Positions 54,794-64,000 of a stretch of 64,000 nt of DNA are shown here, piece by piece. The position numbers and the translations under genes were made by a program. The stretch lies in contig OX597829.1 of assembly GCA_951406725.2 (NCBI GenBank), positions 45,260,001 through 45,324,000 of the forward strand, in the 5' to 3' direction. This stretch comes from Octopus vulgaris. Lineage: Eukaryota. The notes beneath the pieces were generated by a model that was not told where the DNA came from, ran no database searches, and worked only from the letters and a program-made list of their open reading frames with translations. How positions within the stretch are numbered: the stretch's first letter is position 1; the number at the start of each line of letters is the position of its first letter.

Positions 54794-55187
54794 GGCGCAT
54801 GAGTGGCTGTATGGTAAGTAGCTTGTTTACCAACCACATGGTTCCGGGTTCAGTCCCACTGCGTGGCACCTTGGGCAAGTGTCTTCTACTATAGCCTCGG
54901 GCCGACCAAAGCCTTGTGAGTGGATTTGGTAGACGGAAACTGAAAGAAGCCCGTTGTATATATGCATATATATACATATGTATGGGTGTGTGTCTGTGTT
55001 TGTCCCCCTAGCATTGCTTGACAACCGATGCTGGTGTGTTTATGTAGCCGTCTCTTAGCGGTTCGGCAAAACAGACCGATAGAATAAGTACTGGGCTTAC
55101 AAAGAATAAGTGCCAGGGTCGAGTTGCTCGATTAAAGGCGGTGCTCCAGCATGACCGCAGTCAAATGACTGAAACAAGTAAAAGAGT
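54794..55187 (+). mobile_element. SINE family A, full length, low divergence
   Basis: ggcgcatgagtggctgtatggtaag...gggttcagtccc...caccttgggcaagtgtctt...gaaacaagtaaaagag. Confidence 0.9.
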
Positions 55188-55697
55188 AATCTTCTCAAAC
55201 TGTTAGAAATAGCAGCAAAATCTCTATTAAATTCACACCCAGCTGATCTTGAAAGGGAAGGTAGGGCACCCCGGATAATGTAATGTAATCTTAATGTAAT
55301 GTTGTGGTGCACCTGAGCACTGTATACAATAATTTCATTACATAATATGCAATGCACAGAATAATTACAGGGTGGTTATAGTTGGTATGACCACTTGGTG
55401 TTGGTGTGCACAGTGAAGGCTGTCCTGTTGCTCATTCATTGTTATCATCCTTGTCATTTTAACGTTCACTTTTCCATGCTTGTATGGGTCAGGCAGATTT
55501 CCAACGACAAGATGCCTTTCCAGTTGCCAACACTCAATTGTTTCAAAGCAGACTAATTGATATTCCCCCTTGTCCAGACAAGAAAGAATGAAACGAACAA
55601 CACCTTTTTGTATGACAGTGATGTATGCACACAACTACCATGCCATGTCAATACAGAGATACACAAGCACCATACACACTCACAGACATATACCTAC

Positions 55698-55728
<31 letters not shown>

Positions 55729-56304
55729 ACATTTTCACTTTCCGAGCATTATATTAATACATCTGCTTGTTGTCTACACCACCTGTCTTCGTCTTTTGTT
55801 TTTTTTTGTGAATTCTTTCTATATATATATATATAATCATTTAACATCCGTTGTCCATGCTGGCATGGGTTGGACGGTTTGACCAGGGCTGGCCAACTGG
55901 AGGGCTGCACCAGACCCCATCTGGATTTGGCATGGTTTCAGTGACTGGATGCCCTTACTATAACGCCAGCCCCTCTGATAATGTAATTGGTGCTTTTTAT
56001 GTGCACTGGTAAGCGATAGCAGCATCAGCCACATTGCCTCTGTGAGGCCCCTCATACATACATATATATATATGTATATGTGCGTATGTATGTATGTATA
56101 TTCAACTTTTGTTGGTGCCTGCGACAACTTAGTTCATTTCAAGTCTTTAGTGTTTGTTGCTGGAACTGGGATTGGCTTCAATGTGTTGCAGAATCAGCTG
56201 CCAACAGATATGCATGGACTGCTTTGACTCATGACACGAAGAACTCAATAGAAGCCAGATTAAACCTTCCTGGGTGAATACTATTACAGAAAAAAAAAAG
56301 AATA

Positions 56305-56585
56305 TCATCATCATTGTTTAGTGTCCACTTTCCATGCTAGCATGGGTTGGACGGTTTAACTGGGGTCTGGGAAGCCAGAAGGCTGCACCAGGCCCAGTCT
56401 GATCTGGCAATGTTTCTATGGCTGGATGCCCTTCCTAACGCCAACCACTCCATGAGTGTAGTGGGTGTTTTTTACGTGCCAGACGAGGCTGGCAAACGGC
56501 CACGATCGGATGGTGCCTTTTATGTGCCACCGGCACGGAGGCCAGGCGAGGCTGGCAATGGCCACGATCGGATGGTCGGCCACGA
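56305..56585 (-). mobile_element. SINE family C
   Basis: Matches 652-1028; further copies at 55838, 58026, 58462 and 59510. Confidence 0.75.
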
Positions 56586-59084
56586 ATATTTATATATATA
56601 TAAATATCTATATACCTGGGCTTCTTTCAGTTTTTATCTGCTAAGTTCATTCACAAAGCTTTGATTGGCCAAAAGCAATAGTAGAATACACTTGCTGAGA
56701 GTGCTGTGCAATGGGACTGAACTGGAACGAAGCTAAATATCTTCACCACTTTGCCAATATTCTTGGATTTCTATTTTTTAAAAATTTTTAATGATCAGTC
56801 AAGAGGAATGGGTTAGTCTTCTCAGGAGGTCTCTTAGACTGGTGAAATCAATATCGCTGTTCCTCTTGAACAACTGGAAGAAATTCCAGACAGGTTGTGT
56901 GGTTAAAAACTTTGCTTTTCTGTCACATGGTTCCAGGTTCAGTACTACTGCACAGCACCTTGGGGAAGTGTCTTCTACTATAACCATGGACCGACCAAAC
57001 CCTTGTGAGTGGATTTAGTTGACGGAAACTGAAAGGCAACCGATTGTGTGTGTGTGTGTGTAAGAATCCAGGTGTGGGAAGTTAGTAACCTTCAAATAAT
57101 CTGTAGAATGTATAAAAGACAACTTTCAGGAAACATGTAGCTTGGATTTTACCTACTCCATTCCCTAAATTTGGAATTATATCCCAAAAACTAGACATGA
57201 ATATCTAAGCATAGTCCAACCTTAGGTTACCTATGAAGGACGATTCAGAATATTATATGTGTATCCCCATTATTAGCTGTCTGTGATGATGTTTTCATCT
57301 CATTGTCTTGACATTACATGAATGTTGTAAATGACTGTCACTGTCATACAAACTATTATTATTCTGCAAAAATATGTCTACCACGAGGAATTATTACCTT
57401 GCTTGCAAACAGATGAGGATTGGCTACAGGAAAAGCATCCAGCTGTAGAAAATTTGCATTAACCAAGCCCTGTCCATCCCATGCAAGCATTGAAAAAGTG
57501 GGAGTTAAAAATGGTTGTGTGTTCTGATAAGAAAAGGAAGTGGGGGTGGTGAATGCAATTTAGGTGATAAAAGAAGTGTAACAGGTGAGTAGGGAGCGTC
57601 TATAAAGGATGAGGCACAACTCCAAGAATTTGGAGCTTTTAGCAATAGAAAAAGTAGAGAGGAGACAATGAGTTCATAATCTTTATTACACAGTTGGTAA
57701 AGAAATGACAACTGGTACATTTGAGTTATTGTATTAATGTCTTTTGAATGGAATTTGTAAGTGGAGTGAGATCAATCCATCTAAGCAGAATGGCAACACC
57801 ATGTTTAACATTTCATTGTTGGCAATATGTCCTGTTTTACAGAGAATGTATATATGATATTGCTGTTTTGCTCAGAGTGACGAAATGTCTTGTTGCTCAA
57901 TTCAGAGATCAGTAGAATCGAAAAAAATCTCTTACTTGAGAAACAGGAAAGAGCAGAAAAGGTTATTAAGTACTATACAAAATAAAGTACTATATGAAAT
58001 AAATCTCTGTTCAGGCTATGCCAGCATCATCATCATACGTCCGTTTTCCATGCTAGCATGGGTTGGACGGTTAGACCGGGGTCTGGGAAGCCAGGAGGCT
58101 GCACCAGGCTCCAGTCTGATCTGGCAGAGTTTCTACAGCTGGATGCCCTTCCTAACGCCAACCACTCCATGAGTGTTGTGGGTGCTTTTTACGTGCTGGA
58201 AATACAAACAAATATACCATTGGTGCATGCTCTTTGAAAAAGCAAGAGTACATTCTAATTGAAATAAAACATTATGCATGTAAATAATTAAGGCAGCCCA
58301 AAGGAAACCTAAGCAGAATTGTAAGGTCAGTTCTTAGAACTTTGGCGTTGTTGCCATGATGTTTAGAATGATGCATATAAGAATCCATTCTAACCACATT
58401 GATACAGAAATCTCACATCATCGAAATCTTGAAGCTACAAAAATGTCTAGTTGATTCCAAACATCATCATCATCGTTTAACGTCCGCTTTCCGTGCTAGC
58501 ATGGGTTGGACGGTTCGACCGGGGTCTGGGAAGCCAGTAGGCTGCACCAGGTTCCAGTCTGATCTGGCAGTGTTTCTACAGCTGGATGCCCTTCCTAACG
58601 CCAACCACTCCAAGAGTGTAGTGGGTGCTTTTTACGTGCCACCGGCACAGGTACCAGGAGAGTCTGGCAGTGGCCACAATCAGTTGATGCTTTTAATGTG
58701 CCACGTGTGAATAAATAGGCTTTACATTTAATAGATTTAATCTGAATGCTTAAATCTTAACGTCTTCTTTTCCATGCTTGCATGGGTTAGACTAGATCTA
58801 TTGAAGCAGATTTTCTACCGCCAGATCCTCTTGTCACTAACTCACACCTGTTTCTAAGCAAGGTAATATTTTCATCCCCCACTTCTTGTCTGGACTTGTT
58901 TTCATGGAAGATTACAAATTTCACTTTTCCCTGCTTGGTATGAACTATGGACTTTGTTTGCATTTGGTGCATGATGTCAAAACAAAGATGTATATTCACT
59001 CACACACACACACACACATTTACAACAGACTTCTTTTAGTTTCTATTAAATTTACTCACAAGGCATTGGTTAGGCCCCCGAGTT

Positions 59085-59445
59085 ATGGTTGGATGGAACC
59101 TACACTCGCCTCCTTATGAGAGCTTAAAATCTCTCGTGGAAGCGTCATCCAACCAAAATGCAAATATATAGGAAACTACCACCTGTGTCATCTCTTGTGA
59201 AAGGTAGAAGAGTCCAGTTTGCTGGACATTGTTGTAGAGCTGAAAAAGAGGTAATTTCTACTCTTCTCCTCTGGAAGCCATCTACTCGCAATACCAGAGG
59301 GCGCACACTCTCCTACCCTGATGTAATCTCCAGGGATACAGGCATCCAACAACAGGACCTCTGTAATGCTATGATGGGCCATGAAGTCTGGTGTAGCATG
59401 GTAAATTCCATTGTCTTGACCACGGTCGAATAATGATGATGATGA
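59085..59445 (+). mobile_element. RTE-like LINE 3' fragment nested in a family A SINE
   Basis: NLSWKRHPTKMQIY...RRVQFAGHCCR...LLLWKP...RGRTLSYPDVI...VWCSMV then (tga)n; SINE halves on either side. Confidence 0.8.
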
Positions 59446-60092
59446 GAAGACACTTGCCCAATGAACCTGAAGCTTCATTGTTACGAAGTGAGCTTCTTAA
59501 CCACATAACCGTCGTCATCATCATCATCATTATTTATCATCTGTTTTCCATGCCAACATGGGTAAGATTGTTTGACTGAGCTGTTAAGCCAGAGTGCTGC
59601 ACCAGGTTCCAGTTGTCTGTTTTGGCTTGCTTTCTACAACTGGTTGCCTTTCCTAATGCCTGCCACTCCACAGAGTGTACTGGGTGCCTTTTATATGATA
59701 CAGGCACAAATGCCTTTTACCATGCATGTGATTAATATTATATCGGTTCATATTTTGTGTCCTATTTATACACTTCTAAATATGGAGTTATAAAAATAAA
59801 TGTGTCCTTTTAAAGCCTAACCAGGCTTATGGGCCTGGTTTCCCAGTTTCAATGGCATATGTGTTCCCCAGCTGGATGGGACGCCAGTCCATCGCAGCGT
59901 CACTCATTTTTGCCAGCTGAGTGGACTGGAGCAATGTGAAATGAAGTGTTTTGCTCAAGAACACATGTTGCCCGGTCCAGGAATTGAAACCGCAATCTTA
60001 CAATCATGATGTTGACATTCTAACCTCTAAGCCACACACCTCCACCTAAATATGAAGTGTTATGTGAATAATCGTTTCTACTGTAGGTACAG

Positions 60093-60515
60093 TGGAGGCA
60101 CATGGCCCAGTTGTTAGAGCATTGAACTCGCAGTCGAGGGATTGCGGGTTTGAATCTCAGACCGGGCAATGTGTGTGTTTATGAGAAACATCTAAGCTCC
60201 ACATGGCTCTGGCAGAAGGTAATGGCGAACTAGTGGAGGCATATGGCCTAGTGGTTAGAGCAGCGGACTCACGGTTGAGGGATCGTGGGTTGAAATCTTA
60301 GACCGGGCGATGTGTGTGTTTATGAGCGAAACACCTAAGCTCCATGTGGCTCCGGCAGAAGGTAATGGTGAACTTCTGCTGACTCTTTCGCCACGACTTT
60401 CTCTCACTCTTTCCTCCTGCATCTTGCAGCTCACCTGTGATGGATGTCAAGGAAACTGGGAAACCAGCCCTTATGAGCCAGGCATGGTTCGGAAAGGAAC
60501 AAACAACAAAACAAA
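60093..60515 (+). mobile_element. SINE family D with duplicated head and a third tail type
   Basis: tggaggc(a)catggcc...agaccggg head at both 60093 and 60234; tail ...ggaaaggaacaaacaacaa. Confidence 0.75.
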
Positions 60516-60787
60516 CTGTAGGTACAAGGCCTGAAATTTTGGGGGAAAGGGCTAGTTAATTATATTGACCCTCAGTGCTCAGCTGGTATTTATTTTATCG
60601 GCCCTGAAAGGATGAAGGGCAAAGTTAACCTTAGTTGCATTTGCTTGCAGATCATAAAGAGGGACAAAAATGCTGCTAAACATTCTATCTGGGATGCTAA
60701 CGATCCTGTCTGCTCACCACTTTTTGTGAATGATAATGTGAATAATTTAGCAGGTGTGATTAAATGGTAAGAAGTGTGCTTCCATAA

Positions 60788-61385
60788 GGCAGCGAGCTTG
60801 CAGAAATGTTTGCACGCCAGGCGAAATGCTTAGCGGTATTTCGGCTGTTGCTACGTTCTGAGTTCAAATTCCGCCATGGTTGACTTTGCCTGTCATCCTT
60901 TCGGGGTCGATAAATTAAGTACCAGTTACGCACTGGGGTCGATGTAATCAACTTAATACTTATGTCTGTCCTTGTTTGTCCCCTCTATGTTTAGCCCCTT
61001 GTGGGTAATAAAGAAATAGGTATTTCGGCTGCTGCTACGTTCTGAGTTCAAATTTCGCCGAGGTCGACTTTGCCTTTCATCCTTTCGGGGTCGATAAATT
61101 AACTACCAGTTACGTACTGGGGTCGATGTAATCGACTTAATACTTATGTCTGTCCTTGTTTGTCCCCTCTATGTTTAGCCCCTTGTGGGTAATAAAGAAA
61201 TAGGTATTTCGGCTGCCGCTATGTTCTGAGTTCAAATTCCGCCAAGGTTGACTTTACCTGTCATCCTTTCGGGGGCGATTAAATAAGTACCAGTTACGCA
61301 CTGGGGTTGATATAATCGACTTAATCCCTTTGTCTGTTCTTGTTTGTCCACTCTGCTTAGCCCCTTGTGGGCAATTAAAAAATAA
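60788..61385 (+). mobile_element. SINE family B: one head plus three tandem 183-bp bodies
   Basis: ggtatttcggctg recurs at 60836, 61019 and 61202. Confidence 0.88.
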
Positions 61386-61531
61386 GAGGTGTGCTTTCTA
61401 ACCACTGGGTTCCAGGTTTACTCCAACCATTTGGCACCTTGGGCAAGCATCCTCTATAGCTCCGGGCCAGTCAAAACCTTGTGAGTAGATTTGGTTGATG
61501 GAAACTGAGTGAAACCTGTCATATATTTATA

Positions 61532-61567
<36 letters not shown>

Positions 61568-61847
61568 GTTCCTCTTTGTTTTGACATTGTGTGATAGTTA
61601 TAAATAGGTGTCACAGTCGCACAAGAAGGGTCCTTTGTTTCCAATATTCTGTAAGGACATGTCTAGCTATGGCATAATATTACCTTGCTTGGTAACAGAA
61701 AGGGTATCCACCCTAGAAAATATGCCTTGGTGAATTCTGTCCGACCCTATGCAAACATGGAAAAGTGTACGTTAAATAGTGATGATGACGAATACCTAAT
61801 TCCTAAATTTTTTATTTTATATTGAATATTTTTGTTTCCTATTCTAG

Positions 61848-61982
61848 ATAAAGAAATGTCTCCTGCAAATGACTCATCGTTTCTGAGTATCGAAGATCTT
61901 ATGCTGTCCCAGACTTACAACCCAAATAGTGATGTGGCCTGGCAAGTTGCTTCCCCAGAGGTTTTGCGTAAAATCCACAAAG
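61848..61982 (+). CDS. internal coding exon of the gene starting near 51835
   Basis: Acceptor tttttgtttcctattctag|, 135 nt, phase 1-1, (D)KEMSPANDSSFLSIEDLMLSQTYNPNSDVAWQVASPEVLRKIHK, donor AAG|GTAAGT. Confidence 0.72.
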
Positions 61983-62291
61983 GTAAGTCCCTGAATCTTT
62001 CAAATTACTGTTTTTTTTTTGTGCAGATATTTTGGGGGAGGGCAAGGGAGTGTTCCACCTACAAAGAGAATTTTACCGAGTCGGGAAAACTTCTGTGAGG
62101 TTACTTGACATAACAGAAACAGCAAAATAAGATTTCAAAGAAATAAGACCCCATCAGCTTAACAAGTAACAGTAGACATTATTGTCCTAGAGTGACTTGG
62201 CAAAATCATTTGAGATGCAGACAAAATACCTCGTGGTATTTGCTTTAGCTCATTACGTTCTAAGTTCAAATCCCACTGAAGTTAACATTAT

Positions 62292-62637
62292 GAAGGTGTA
62301 CGGTTCAGTTGTTAGTGTCTGGCTTACAATCATAAGGTAGTGAGTTCGATACTGGGACAGGGCTGTGTGTTTGTGTTCTTCAGCAAGGCACTTTATTTCA
62401 CGTTTCTCCTGTTCACTCAGCTGTAGAAATGTGTTGCGATGTCACTGGTGCCAAGCTGTATCAGCCCATTTGCCTTTCTCTTGGATAACATCAGTGGCAT
62501 GAAGAGGGGAGGATGTTGGTATGCATGGGTGACTGCTGGTCTTCCATAAACAACCTTGCCTGGACTTGTGCCTTGGAAGGGAACTTCCTTGGTGCAATCT
62601 CATGGTCGTTCATAACCCAAGGGGTGGTTTTTACCCT
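62292..62637 (+). mobile_element. SINE family E
   Basis: tRNA-like head, gttcttcagcaaggcacttt, tail ...catggtcgttcataacccaagggg...ttttaccc. Confidence 0.75.
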
Positions 62638-63154
62638 GTAATCCTAGGGACCCTTAACTCGTTTGTTAACATATTATCTTGAGATACACTGCCTTTGCTC
62701 CATTTAATTTTAAAAATAATGAATTTAGTCAAATAAATTTATTATTGAGCTGGTGTTTTAGAACATGAATTAACATCAAATTTTGATGGTAGGTTATAAT
62801 TGAGATCACTTCAAAGTACTTTGTACCATAGAATCAAGAGAAGTTTCAGACAGGTTGATATCAAGAGTTAAAAAAAACAAAGTGGTGGTTGCTTGAATGC
62901 CCTTGTTTTGGACTTATTGAAATGTGGAAGAGAAGATCTGGGACTTTTTTTTTTCAGAGATCTTACAAGACTGGCGAGAGAAGTTATCCTTAAGCCACAG
63001 AACTGATCCGTATATTTGTGACAGTGGCTTCTGCTAATGACACCCAAGGATCATGCAGTGGTGTTAAAACCAAGCAACAGATTAGGTCTGCCACTCTGAT
63101 TATAGATTAACTTAATGAGGGTTGACTTGTGGTAAAATACCTACATAGGTCATA

Positions 63155-63562
63155 GGCATGGCTGTGTGGTAAGAAGCTCGTTTCCCAACCACATGGTTCC
63201 TGTTTCAGTCCCACTGCATGGTATCTTGGGCATCTGCTACAACCTTGGACTGACCAAAGCCTTGAGTGGATTTAATAGATGGAAACTGAAAGAAGCCCGT
63301 CGTATATCTATGTATATATAATATAAATGTGTGTGTGTGTATATATTTTGTGTGTCTATGTTTGTCCCTCCCCCCACCATCACTTGACAACCGATGTTGG
63401 TATGTTTACATCCCCGTAACTTGGCAGTTCAGCAAAAGAGACTGATAGCGTAAATATTAGGCTTACAAAGAATAAGTCCTGGGGTTAAATTTATTTGACT
63501 AAAGGTGGTACTCCAGCATGGCCGCAATCAAATGACTGAAACAAGTAAATGAATAAAAGAAT
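63155..63562 (+). mobile_element. SINE family A, full length
   Basis: Matches the family A consensus. Confidence 0.85.
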
Positions 63563-63874
63563 AGGTTTGCTCAACCAGTTGACCTCGGGCTAAAAACCAA
63601 TGTAAGTCTGGTCATTTAGGGTTAAACAGCAGGGTTAATCAGCAACATAGATTGTTCTGACAAAGCTGCCCCTTTCCTGCTAGCAGCTGAAAAAAATTAA
63701 AAAGTGCTCTTGTATAAGACACTGTCATCTTATCTCAAATGTTTTCATACTTATAGGTCTTGCTTATCATGGCTACCGAATAATTGTCACATATTACATT
63801 TACAGATAAATTCCTCTATTTACATAATATATCGAGGTCTCTTCCTTTCTTTTGTTGTCTTACCATTTTTATCA

Positions 63875-63915
<41 letters not shown>

Positions 63916-64000
63916 TATATAATTATTAATATTAGGGAAGTTATTTCCTAGTCCACAGGGGAGAGAAATCCAATTTAGTGGTATTTAAATGAATTTCTCG

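Noticed and set aside
56799-56811. Micro-exon between the two + strand exons
   Set aside because: 13 nt would shift the frame; weak acceptor.

Overview
AT-rich, microsatellite-laden animal genomic DNA. The SINE families and repeat landscape resemble an octopus (coleoid cephalopod) genome; the taxon is my inference. Almost all ORF-track hits are microsatellite or SINE artefacts. Host genes: (1) the last two coding exons of a TRPC-family cation channel on + (4636-4751, 7071-7503), joined through a non-canonical GC-AG intron, with a Gln-rich tail and a terminal TQL motif. (2) A probable uncharacterised small membrane-protein gene on - (39267-39112, 33920-33833, perhaps 28472-28350) with an overlapping strong-Kozak uORF. 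(3) The first two exons of a + strand gene (51835-51964, 61848-61982) behind an E2F/CHR-like promoter, weakly ETAA1-like. The rest is transposon debris: modular tRNA-derived SINEs, LINE fragments (CR1/L2, RTE, L1/Tx1, R4/Dong, CRE), Penelope-like GIY-YIG, Gypsy integrase plus LTR, non-autonomous Helitrons, TTAA (piggyBac-like) MITEs, a young foldback element with an 8-bp TSD, and several long palindromes beside TA microsatellites, one enclosing a hammerhead-ribozyme-like core. No prokaryote-type system or CRISPR array is supported. All calls were made by eye; repeat boundaries are approximate.
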